The position numbers and the translations under genes were made by a program. A DNA stretch of 64,000 nt, from the IMG/VR virus record IMGVR_UViG_3300029705_006209; one strand, written 5' to 3'. The DNA is from an uncultured virus (IMG/VR IMGVR_UViG_3300029705_006209) (lineage: Duplodnaviria > Heunggongvirae > Uroviricota > Caudoviricetes). Every line of letters starts with the position of its first letter. Positions within the stretch are counted from its first letter, which is position 1. Below the pieces are notes generated by a model. It was not told the origin of the DNA. It made no database searches and was given only the letters and a program-made list of their open reading frames with translations. Shown here piece by piece: positions 28,509 to 37,100 of the stretch.

Positions 28509-28691
28509 TGTTTTTTTAATACGTTATTGCGTTCCCTTTTCTGTTTTGATGACAACGCTACTTAAAGTAAAACAAATACACGAAGAGTGTCGGTGCGCAC
28601 CTATGCGCAAGTTCTTGGTTTTCTCTAATGCGCTCCTTAGTGTATTAGTCGTTAAGCACACGATCTACATCTAGAAATATTACAGACTCTT

Positions 28692-29012
28692 TCATAGAAC
28701 ACCTGCAATATGGTTCATGACTGAAGGCTCCGCAATTGTTATAAAACGATTTTTGCTGTGGTCATACTCAAAAAACCACCTGTCTCGCGGATACGAATAT
28801 AGACCCGGCAAGATCCGTTCAATGACGACATACCTGTAACAATGTTCTGCTATATCTGCACGATTTTCCTGAACCGCGTCAAATGCGATTTTCTTATCGT
28901 AATAGAATCCCATAAAAGCAGTTGCTCCGAAATCAGGGAACCCAGTATTATTAGCGTCAGTTTCGATCTTCTCCAAACAGGTAATGGCATATATTGGTGT
29001 GTTTTCAATCAT
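28692..29012 (-). CDS. hypothetical phage-like protein
   Basis: AAGGAG RBS; AT-rich ORF. Confidence 0.65.
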   Translation of the reverse strand: MIENTPIYAITCLEKIETDANNTGFPDFGATAFMGFYYDKKIAFDAVQENRADIAEHCYRYVVIERILPGLYSYPRDRWFFEYDHSKNRFITIAEPSVMNHIAGVL

Positions 29013-29131
29013 TGTTGCTCTCCTTGCTTTTGACGTCTTTAACGGAAGTGCCCCAATAGTATTGCTCTCTTTCGTAAAGATTTGTTTCCGGCCATTCCAT
29101 GATTTTCTCTATAAGTGAGGGAGCAAAACTC

Positions 29132-30037
29132 TTAATTAAGCTCCGGTGTGTTTGCTATATTGTCGCCGATTTTCTTGATCACAGCCTTCATTATCTTGCG
29201 TTGTACGCGTTCTTTTTCGCAGATATCAGTGATCGTTTCTTTATCTATCTCAAAGGAGACATCGGAGAGGAATTGTTCTACCATCCTGATCGAATCTGCT
29301 GTAGAAAAAGGCTTGATTTCGTGTGTTAATGAAAAGCGGCTTATGAAAGCGGGATCAAGCTTGTCGATCCTGTTTGACGCTCCTATAACAACTATGTCAT
29401 TTGGAAGAGAGTCGAACTCCTGCATCAGAGTTATGACGGTTCTGGATAGTTCTCCATCCGGGCCTGAATCGCCGCCTTTGCCTCTCTTCATTGCAATGCA
29501 GTCTACTTCATCAAGCATGAATACGCACTGCATCGATTTTACGAAGTTAAATATAAGGCTAAGATTGGCAGACGTTTTTCCCATCAGAGAGTCAACAAGC
29601 TGTGAAAAATTGACATAACAGAAGGGGATACCAAGTTTATATGCAACGTACTTTCCGAATTCTGTTTTGCCTGTTCCGGGCTCACCGTACAACATCGTAG
29701 CGTTCACATACGGAATTTGCAGTTCCATAAGCCTGTCGCTTACCAGCTTCATTTTCTCGATCTCTTTATATACGGCAGCCTCTTCTTCCGACAAAAAATA
29801 TCTACCCGCCTTAAATGTTTCCGATACATTCTCTGCGATCAGCTTTCCCTTAAGATTCATCGGAACCTCGAGGAGAACGGGTTCATTCTCGAGAATATGT
29901 TTGTAACGGTTAACGAAGTAGCGGTTTTTCTGAGTCGTATCCTCGGCAAGGCAGGCTCTTGCAGCGGCCTTAGCTTTCTGAAGATCATTCTGCGCTACTG
30001 CTGCGATCAATGATTGCTGATTTGTTGTTAATGCCAT
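29132..30037 (-). CDS. AAA+ ATPase
   Basis: YGEPGTGKT, MLDEVD, ASN..LDPAFISRF. Confidence 0.9.
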   Translation of the reverse strand: MALTTNQQSLIAAVAQNDLQKAKAAARACLAEDTTQKNRYFVNRYKHILENEPVLLEVPMNLKGKLIAENVSETFKAGRYFLSEEEAAVYKEIEKMKLVSDRLMELQIPYVNATMLYGEPGTGKTEFGKYVAYKLGIPFCYVNFSQLVDSLMGKTSANLSLIFNFVKSMQCVFMLDEVDCIAMKRGKGGDSGPDGELSRTVITLMQEFDSLPNDIVVIGASNRIDKLDPAFISRFSLTHEIKPFSTADSIRMVEQFLSDVSFEIDKETITDICEKERVQRKIMKAVIKKIGDNIANTPELN

Positions 30038-30521
30038 TTTGTTTCCTCTTGATGTTTTCTCTGTTTGCGGATCTGAGCATCATCAGGAGCATTTCTGATG
30101 CGGAGCGCTTTCTGATGATACGCCGGGCCTTTTTCACTGACATAAGCTTTGTATATGCGCCTCCGAGCATTTCTTCCGGGCAATATACGCCAACATGGAA
30201 AGGGATGTCCGTTCGCACTTCATCAAACACTGCTTTTGGCATGACATAGTAGTTGTAGTCGCCAAGCATGTTATGTCCGTGACCAGATCTGAAGTCTTCT
30301 ACGGACGACTTGACCTCGTAGCAATAGAAGTCCCCACGCTCGATACCGCCTGCTGTGTTGTTCACCGGGTCGAATCGCATATAGTCTACACGCACTGCAT
30401 GGCTAGTTGCGTAGTCGAACGTCACTTCCTTTGCCCAATATATGCGGGTATCTCCATTGCCGAGCAGGTCTTTTTCTACAAGGGCAGACAGCTGTTTTGT
30501 TGTTTCAGGCCTTGTTGCCAT
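29985..30521 (-). CDS. putative PD-(D/E)XK nuclease-fold protein
   Basis: EVT..RVDY..YEVKSSVEDF motif. Confidence 0.6.
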   Translation of the reverse strand: MATRPETTKQLSALVEKDLLGNGDTRIYWAKEVTFDYATSHAVRVDYMRFDPVNNTAGGIERGDFYCYEVKSSVEDFRSGHGHNMLGDYNYYVMPKAVFDEVRTDIPFHVGVYCPEEMLGGAYTKLMSVKKARRIIRKRSASEMLLMMLRSANRENIKRKQNGINNKSAIIDRSSSAE

Positions 30522-30669
30522 TATTCCTCTCCATATAAATCTTCTGTTTCAGCGGCAAATCTTCCCTTGACCTCAGCAAGATATTCCTCTGCATATCTGC
30601 AGAATCCGTCCTCGTCTGTTATCAGGCTAAGCACTTCCTCCCAGGTATCTGCATGCCCGAGGTGCCAGT

Positions 30670-30841
30670 GTCACCTTCTCGTAGATAAATCTACGAGCAT
30701 GGAGTCACGAAACAGCAACTGTCTCGTTATCCAATCTTACTCAGATACAACAGGCTTTTCGCAAGCTCCTCGGAGTCCTGCGCAGAGGCCCGCCAGTTAG
30801 AGAGCGGTTGCCAGGCGAGGTGATGGCCTGGCTTGTTATGT
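30670..30841 (-). ncRNA. TnpB omegaRNA/reRNA scaffold (5' end approximate)
   Basis: Hairpin-rich non-coding stretch between the tnpB stop and the right end. Confidence 0.65.
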
Positions 30842-32083
30842 TCATATCACTTTTGCAAGTATGTTGATCGCAGCATTCACATCTCGCGAATGCATAGTGC
30901 CGCAGACAGGGCATTCCCATTCACCAACGCCGAGAGGTATGTGCTCGTCTCCTGTCATCACATGACCGCAGGCAGAACATGTCTGTGTAGTGTACTGCGG
31001 CGGTACCTTGACATATACCTTGCCGTACATCTCGGCTTTGATGGCGATGAGCTGCATGAAGCGGCCCCATGAAACATCAGCAATAGCGAATGCAAGGCAA
31101 TGGTTCCCGAGAAGATTCGTCACCTTAAGGTCTTCCGAAACTATGAGGTCTTGGTTTTCGACCAGATGTTTCGCCTGTACATTAAGGTAGTCCTCTCTTG
31201 AACGGGCGACCTTGCGTTCAAGTCTTGCAGTTTTTAATCGCTGCTTCTGATAGTTTGAAGATCTGTAGACGCTTCGGCCTTCAGCCTCCGCACGGCACTT
31301 TCTGCGGGACAGCTTCTTCTGAGCTTTCGCGACATCGCTTTTGGCTTTTGCCGCAAAACACGGGTTGTCTACGACGTTGCCGTCCGAGTCGGAATACAGG
31401 TTCGTGAGATTGAGGTCGATCGCGGCAACGGCTCCGGTCTTCGGCATGGCATCGAAGAACGGCACGTCGCTGTGCAGCTGAAGGCTGCAGTAATAGTCAC
31501 CGCAGTTGTCGCGATATACTTTTATGCTGCCTATACGTGTGCCGGAGGTATGGTCCTCAAGGATACTGCGCATCTTATTCGAGCACTGGAATCTCACACT
31601 GCCGAGGACAGGCAGCTGTATATGCTTTCTGTCGATCAGTCTGACGTTCCCGTCGCTCAGATCGTTCGCGCCTTTCGGATAATGGGCGTTCGTCTGGTAG
31701 CTTTGCGAATAGCTTTTCTTTTTGAAAACGGGAACTCCGAATGAAGGGTTCCTGCGGAAGTTGTTCCACGCCGCACGGTACGCCCGGAACGCATTGTCAA
31801 AGGCGCATGAGTCGACTTCCTTCGAGGCAAGCCACGGCGCGGTCTGTTTGAATACGGTCTTGGACGAAAGTACATCGTTTACATATGACAGTCTGTCGGC
31901 TACCGGTTTACAATAGACCGTTACTTTTGACAGCAGATATTTCTCTCTGTTCAGCGTGACGAGTTTGTTGTACACAAAGCGGCGGACTCCGTCATTCACA
32001 GCTATGATGTGCTGCTGATGTTCGTCAGGACGGAGTCTCAATGTCATGCCTATATGATACTGCATCTCGTTACATGGTCTCAT
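30842..32083 (-). CDS. tnpB: RNA-guided endonuclease TnpB
   Basis: N-terminal HTH (RFVYN), PVFKKK, RuvC D/E/D (AIDLNL, SEDL, RDVNAAINI), Zn finger CSACG..CPVCG. Confidence 0.93.
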   Translation of the reverse strand: MRPCNEMQYHIGMTLRLRPDEHQQHIIAVNDGVRRFVYNKLVTLNREKYLLSKVTVYCKPVADRLSYVNDVLSSKTVFKQTAPWLASKEVDSCAFDNAFRAYRAAWNNFRRNPSFGVPVFKKKSYSQSYQTNAHYPKGANDLSDGNVRLIDRKHIQLPVLGSVRFQCSNKMRSILEDHTSGTRIGSIKVYRDNCGDYYCSLQLHSDVPFFDAMPKTGAVAAIDLNLTNLYSDSDGNVVDNPCFAAKAKSDVAKAQKKLSRRKCRAEAEGRSVYRSSNYQKQRLKTARLERKVARSREDYLNVQAKHLVENQDLIVSEDLKVTNLLGNHCLAFAIADVSWGRFMQLIAIKAEMYGKVYVKVPPQYTTQTCSACGHVMTGDEHIPLGVGEWECPVCGTMHSRDVNAAINILAKVI

Positions 32084-32262
32084 CAGTACGCCTTTGCCTG
32101 GTGTTCTATTTATTTGCGTATCGTCTCTTCGGAAATGTGGCCTATAGTCTCTACATAGTAGGAATGGTTCCATAGCTGGCCTTTCCACAGGTCGTAAAGG
32201 CGCATTCCTCTCGGCAATGGAATTACCGAGGATCCTGCGCGTCTATCCTGAAGACAATGTAC

Positions 32263-32571
32263 CTACGGCACCTGAATTTGTGTTCTGATTTCTTTAGCGG
32301 ATTTGCCCCAATAGTATTTCTGATTGGCATGCATGCTAATCTCAGGCCAACCGATACTGCTGCACCAAAGGCGGATATAGAATGCGCTGCCGGGGGCATC
32401 CGGATGGAACCGCATATCAGTTACGATTCCTCGGATTACTCTAGTGAAAGGGTACTTCTTTTCTTCTCCTTCCTTGACCGGGAAGAAGGCGTCGCCCTTT
32501 TTTCCTGAGTAGTTACCGCAAAGTATGTATACCGGCTTTTCCGGATCTATAGGATTTCCTTGAAAAGTCAT
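32263..32571 (-). CDS. hypothetical protein
   Basis: ATGA overlap with the upstream gene; RBS present. Confidence 0.5.
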   Translation of the reverse strand: MTFQGNPIDPEKPVYILCGNYSGKKGDAFFPVKEGEEKKYPFTRVIRGIVTDMRFHPDAPGSAFYIRLWCSSIGWPEISMHANQKYYWGKSAKEIRTQIQVP

Positions 32572-32786
32572 AATTCTTCTCCTGATGGCATTTCTACGAT
32601 AGGGCAGAAGTCCGGAAGTTCGATCTGCTCTAAAGCAGAATCCAGAAGCCTTTCTTCGTATGGAATAGTTGCGATTATCTCATTGAGAGCGTTGCACCAG
32701 AAGTTTCCGTTCTCGTAATAGTATCTGCCGAGAGGGCAATAAGCGCATTTTTCAGGTTTACTTAGATTCTTTATAATAATGCTCAT
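32568..32786 (-). CDS. small Cys-rich phage-like protein
   Basis: PEKCAYCPL..C..PDFCPI. Confidence 0.65.
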   Translation of the reverse strand: MSIIIKNLSKPEKCAYCPLGRYYYENGNFWCNALNEIIATIPYEERLLDSALEQIELPDFCPIVEMPSGEEL

Positions 32787-32789
32787 GAG

Positions 32790-33086
32790 TTATTCCTCTT
32801 CTACTTCTTTGATTCTCAGAATATAGCATTCTTTTCCAGGCTCGGCTCCCCATTCAGGCCTACCTTCACCAAAGCCGAGGGTGACGGTTGCAACTATTGA
32901 TGGGGAATCGCTGCTGTAGCCGTTTCTGAATCTGATCTTTCGCTCAGCATCATAGCCAATCAAACTGCCTTGCCAAAGGTTTTGGAAGCGTGTCTGATAG
33001 TACTTTGTAGCGCTTCGATATTCTTCTTTCTTCTCACCGGATACGATCATATCAAACCATTTTTTCTTGATCGGAAGTGTCAGCAT
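32790..33086 (-). CDS. ASCH domain protein
   Basis: LTLPIKKKWFDMIVSGEKKEEYR..FRNGYS. Confidence 0.8.
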   Translation of the reverse strand: MLTLPIKKKWFDMIVSGEKKEEYRSATKYYQTRFQNLWQGSLIGYDAERKIRFRNGYSSDSPSIVATVTLGFGEGRPEWGAEPGKECYILRIKEVEEE

Positions 33087-35293
33087 TTTTCAGACTCCTT
33101 TATGCTCTTGACGAACTGTTTAGTCCTGTATTCACTGAAGTTATGTATGTCGTTTTTCAGCATCCATTCGGAAAGCTTTACAGGCCATTCTTTGTCTTTC
33201 GCAATAGAAGGATCTATCTTTAATATCTGTGAAAAGGTTTCCTCTTCTCTGTTTTCAACAAACTCAAGAGCCTTCTTTATATACGGTATTACATGAGCAA
33301 AATCCACCGAACATCTTCCGATTCTAACTACACCGGATTTATTGTTGATAAGAACATATTTCAACCATACGCTGTTCATGAAAGTAAGGTTGATAAACTC
33401 ATCCTTATAGACCTCGAAATTCGCTCTGGCTTTACCGGTCCAGGAATTTGATTTAAGGAGTGATACATAGTATTTACTTCCTTCTGAACCCGGAACCATT
33501 TTGATGTTTGTGTACCTGTCTGCATAATAGCTTTCTACGAATTTCTGCCGGTATTCTTCATCAGATATGCGCCAGCCCGTGTTATTTGTTTCCGGTCCTT
33601 CATCAGATGTGTAGGTGTAGCTGTACTGTGCTATATGTTCCGTAAGATTGATAGGGTAGACCTCTTTATCTTTTGCTCTTACATCCCATGTCCTGTCAGC
33701 GTATCCTCGACCTCGATCATTCTTATGACCTTTTGAATTTGCCCAAAGAGAGGAAGTCATAAGGATATGATCGCCTTTTTTGACTGAAGCATTACACCTT
33801 TCTATCATCTCACCGAAAGTGCCGTAACGATTATCATCAAGCCAGCCATCGGCCATACTGAATATGACGTATTTGGAATCGGTCAGCTTTACTTTTTCCG
33901 GGAGCTTTATGAGTCCTCTGTCGAGCATTCCTTGAAGGAGAGTGAATACGTAGTACCTTCCGAGAGATTCCTTTACAGCTGTTTTCTGCAGATCCTTTAT
34001 TCGCTTCTCGTAGTCTTTATCCGACTCATATTTGTCTTTCATCAAAGCAGCAGCTTCACTTTCTTCTGCAACTCTGGACATAGGCTTGAGGAAGGCATCC
34101 TCCGAGAAATAGATCCTGTCATCGTCGGTCCATGTAAGATACAGGTTTTCACCGTCCCGTATAAGGATCGCGACCTTCCGGCCGTGGTATTTTTCATAGG
34201 TTTCGAGTATTCCCGGAAATTCTGTATTGTAATAGCCCTTATTGGTCTTGCTTACTCTTACGAGGACTATGCTGCGCTCTGCAGGAAGAAAAGCGTCTCT
34301 TACATCATCTCTGTTGATAAGAATGGACTCGAAATACTTTGCATCGCTAAAATCTACACCATAGAGGGATGCGATCTTGCCGAGTTCTTCGTCCAGGTAT
34401 CTCATCTTCTGATAAAAGACGATAGGAGAGTCGATCCTGCCTGCCCTTCCGGTCCTCAGCTGATTTATTTCCACTACTTCTCCTGTATAACAGCGAATGT
34501 TATATATCTCAGAATCAAGCCTGAAAACGGCATTTTCCATCTTTTCAAGTTCTGCTTCCATTTTGGACTTCCTGATCTCGAGTTCATCAAGCATAGAACG
34601 CTTTTTCTGCTCAAGTTCATTTGTCAGCCTGTCGATTTCTGCCTGAAGGTCCTTCAGCCCTTCAGCCTTTGAATCACGGACGTCCTGCATTGCTGACTCA
34701 ACAGTCAAAACAGCAGACCGGACATCGGATGTCCTAACCAGGACATCGTTATATGAAAGATCACCTGAAGAAACAAGGCCGGTATTGCCGTTCGCTTCAC
34801 CAAGAAGTGACTGACGCTGGCTGCCGGTAAGGGCAGAGTAGTCTGTATATTCTTCAATGTCGACATACTTCGAAGGAAGAAGCCAGAACGCATCCTTAGA
34901 CCCGGAAAGCGAAACGAGGACCACATCATCACGATCAAGATAGCATTTGAATGATGTTTTCATGGCTTCAGCTGCATCGATATCCAACGAAAAGGCTTCT
35001 GTAAAACTATCAGTTATGTTTTCCAGATCCTGCTCTGTTCCATGATTGATGAGTGGCCATTTGTTGTAATGCTTTGAAAACGTACGCTCATATGCAGCAC
35101 TATAAACAGCTCTATCTTCTTTAGATAAGAGCATGTATACGCTGTTGTAGTGCATTTGCCAAAAGCTGTTGGAAGAGTCGTGCATTTCACGGAAGATCAT
35201 GCCCGGAAGCTCAGTAAGAATAGCTTTTGTATCAAGCTTGCAGCGTCCGATTATTCGGATTTCAGTTTCCTTAGGGCTTTCCATTAAACTCAT
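33080..35293 (-). CDS. large hypothetical coiled-coil protein
   Basis: 737-aa ORF with AAGGAGG RBS; central heptad-rich segment. Confidence 0.75.
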   Translation of the reverse strand: MSLMESPKETEIRIIGRCKLDTKAILTELPGMIFREMHDSSNSFWQMHYNSVYMLLSKEDRAVYSAAYERTFSKHYNKWPLINHGTEQDLENITDSFTEAFSLDIDAAEAMKTSFKCYLDRDDVVLVSLSGSKDAFWLLPSKYVDIEEYTDYSALTGSQRQSLLGEANGNTGLVSSGDLSYNDVLVRTSDVRSAVLTVESAMQDVRDSKAEGLKDLQAEIDRLTNELEQKKRSMLDELEIRKSKMEAELEKMENAVFRLDSEIYNIRCYTGEVVEINQLRTGRAGRIDSPIVFYQKMRYLDEELGKIASLYGVDFSDAKYFESILINRDDVRDAFLPAERSIVLVRVSKTNKGYYNTEFPGILETYEKYHGRKVAILIRDGENLYLTWTDDDRIYFSEDAFLKPMSRVAEESEAAALMKDKYESDKDYEKRIKDLQKTAVKESLGRYYVFTLLQGMLDRGLIKLPEKVKLTDSKYVIFSMADGWLDDNRYGTFGEMIERCNASVKKGDHILMTSSLWANSKGHKNDRGRGYADRTWDVRAKDKEVYPINLTEHIAQYSYTYTSDEGPETNNTGWRISDEEYRQKFVESYYADRYTNIKMVPGSEGSKYYVSLLKSNSWTGKARANFEVYKDEFINLTFMNSVWLKYVLINNKSGVVRIGRCSVDFAHVIPYIKKALEFVENREEETFSQILKIDPSIAKDKEWPVKLSEWMLKNDIHNFSEYRTKQFVKSIKESEKC

Positions 35294-35305
35294 TATTTTG
35301 CCTCC

Positions 35306-35731
35306 TTACTCCCAACGCATTTGCCTTCTGTGCGAATAACACTCTTTCAGAAATTCCTTCAAGTACTCATAATCCTTGCCGTCAGAATTGGCACCGTATG
35401 TGAATATCCTGTCGCCAAAATCGATGTCCTTGATCAGGTCATAGATCTTTTTGCAGGTCTTATAACTGATCTTTCCGCTGCAATCACTTTGATACAGGAA
35501 GTCGAATATGTCCGCATCTTTTTCGTCAGGATCTAATTGGCTTATGAGAAGGTTAGAGATCTTGTCGTGTTCTTCAAACTGTCTTGGAGTATGACAATAT
35601 ATCAGATTTCCGTAATGCTCTCCGAATTCCTTATTGTAGGCGCTAGCAATGTTCTTTCGAAGCGAAAAGAACCCTCCGTAACCCAGAAAAAAGTCGTATT
35701 TAGAGTTGGCCGCTGTTATTGTTATTCCCAT
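35306..35731 (-). CDS. hypothetical phage-like protein
   Basis: GAGGGAG RBS; GYGGFFSLR and FLYQSDCSG motifs. Confidence 0.7.
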   Translation of the reverse strand: MGITITAANSKYDFFLGYGGFFSLRKNIASAYNKEFGEHYGNLIYCHTPRQFEEHDKISNLLISQLDPDEKDADIFDFLYQSDCSGKISYKTCKKIYDLIKDIDFGDRIFTYGANSDGKDYEYLKEFLKECYSHRRQMRWE

Positions 35732-36023
35732 TATCTCTCCCTCGAGGCGCGGTGGCATGTACGGCGTCTTCTGTTGCGAATATCGACCGGTCTTTCAGCC
35801 AAACGGCTTTTCTCACTATTTTGTCTGACAGTATTGGGTCGAAACCGCCGGGCTGAGCTATGTAACAAACATCAATACTGCCAAAGCCGATGGCTTTCTG
35901 AAGCAGCTTCTTTGCTTCTTTCTCGGACTTAGCTCCGACATAATATCGACCTTGCGTGCTGTGGTCAGCCCATATCGACCCGCCGCCATCAACAAGACAT
36001 ACATACGTGTTTATCTTACTCAT
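35700..36023 (-). CDS. hypothetical protein
   Basis: AAGGAG RBS. Confidence 0.6.
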   Translation of the reverse strand: MSKINTYVCLVDGGGSIWADHSTQGRYYVGAKSEKEAKKLLQKAIGFGSIDVCYIAQPGGFDPILSDKIVRKAVWLKDRSIFATEDAVHATAPRGRDNGNNNNSGQL

Positions 36024-36094
36024 CTGGCTTACTCCTTCTTATTCAGTTCACCACTGACGCCTTGTGATAAGCTCATGATTTTGCTCAAACATGT

Positions 36095-36649
36095 TCAGGC
36101 ATCCTTCCTGACCGGGGTGTCATCGTCTGCTCCTTTCATCCTTGCTCCGCAGTGCTCGCAGTAGTCTTTTCCTCTTTCAAGCGGATGTTCCCACGAGCCT
36201 TCCGTCCGGATCACATGACCGCATTCAGAGCACAGCCACTCATCCCCTTTGAGATGCTTCCACTCACCTTTCGGTCTGTCTGCTTTACCTTTTTCGTATC
36301 CGCTCTTGTACGCTGTGGAGTATACGCTTGATAGGTCAACGGCACTCGGTCTGTCTGCGAAAGGAGCGTTTTTTACGATTCCATAGGCTTCTCTTACACC
36401 GCACCATTTCGGGTCGTGCAGGCCGTTTTCGTCCAGCTCGGAATATTCTTCCAGCAAGTCTGAAAGTTCCGAGAGTATATATTCCTTAGCCTCTGATGTA
36501 TCAACAGACGGTACAGCCTTGATAGCGCTTACGTCGTCTATCCACTGACTCCTTTCGCCTATTGCGAATTCATCATCGTCTGTCCAGACGTAAGGTTCTT
36601 CTCCTAAAGCTTCTATCGCATCAGACCTTCTTATTAGATCCTCGCTCAT
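36095..36649 (-). CDS. phage-like Zn-ribbon protein
   Basis: DLIRRSDAI..GEW..CSECG..YCEHCGARM. Confidence 0.75.
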   Translation of the reverse strand: MSEDLIRRSDAIEALGEEPYVWTDDDEFAIGERSQWIDDVSAIKAVPSVDTSEAKEYILSELSDLLEEYSELDENGLHDPKWCGVREAYGIVKNAPFADRPSAVDLSSVYSTAYKSGYEKGKADRPKGEWKHLKGDEWLCSECGHVIRTEGSWEHPLERGKDYCEHCGARMKGADDDTPVRKDA

Positions 36650-36680
36650 CTTTGATGTCTCCTTCCCCGCCTATTCCGGT

Positions 36681-36824
36681 CTATTGTTTCCTGATCGTCT
36701 GTTCGTACAAACGGCGCCACTGTTTTGCCTGTTTTTCCGCTGCTACGGCTCTGTCAAGCAGGATGCACGAAACGAATACCTGCACCATCAATACAACCAC
36801 CAAAATGCAAATTACTACTCTCAT
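36681..36824 (-). CDS. small membrane peptide (47 aa, not in the ORF track)
   Basis: AAGGAGG RBS; MRVVICILVVVLMVQVFVSCILL hydrophobic N-terminus and basic tail. Confidence 0.65.
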   Translation of the reverse strand: MRVVICILVVVLMVQVFVSCILLDRAVAAEKQAKQWRRLYEQTIRKQ

Positions 36825-36874
36825 AACTTCCTCCTTTTCCGGCATCATCCCGGGCCCGGATTATGTCTATTTAC

Positions 36875-37013
36875 ACAAAAAGCCCGCCACCAATCCAAAA
36901 GCGGATTGACAGACGGGCTCGTCACACCATAATATATTAGATGCGATGAAGAGGGTCCCACGAGCCCGCTTCTTCTTCGGTCATCGCCTGTTGCCGCAGG
37001 CGGTGGCCGTTTT
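36875..37013. promoter_or_regulatory. structured leader/attenuator with embedded antisense promoter, copy A
   Basis: Homologous to 53744-53880; terminator hairpins on both strands; internal TTGACA. Confidence 0.7.
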
Positions 37014-37100
37014 GCATATTTGAATATTATCTGTTCGGTTTGTACCTATATAATACCATATATTCTCTCGGATAACAACAGCTAGAACTTCTTTCCTCGG

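Larger units (their letters stand above)
30670..32242 (-). mobile_element. non-autonomous IS200/IS605 TnpB element
   Basis: Left-end hairpin ACGCGCAGGATCCTCGGTAA..TTGCCGAGAGGAATGCGCC; right end ..CTCGTAGATTTATCTACGAGAAGGTGAC. Removing it restores an ORF (ends ambiguous by 2 nt). Confidence 0.75.

Noticed and set aside
28559..28660. Integron attC site paired with the tyrosine recombinase
   Set aside because: GTTAAGC is present but there is no matching RYYYAAC, no further copies, and no evidence that the recombinase is an IntI.
28663..28681. Minus-strand AATATTTCTAGATGTAGAT as a solitary Cas12a repeat
   Set aside because: It lacks the TCTAC arm, so the handle stem cannot form.
30842..32083. 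TnpB as the effector for the mini-array
   Set aside because: It lies 10 kb away inside its own IS ends with its own right-end RNA; nothing links it to Cas12a-type handles.
30670..32242. IStron (group I intron fused to the TnpB element)
   Set aside because: Only about 160 nt lie between the left end and tnpB, with no recognisable group I core.
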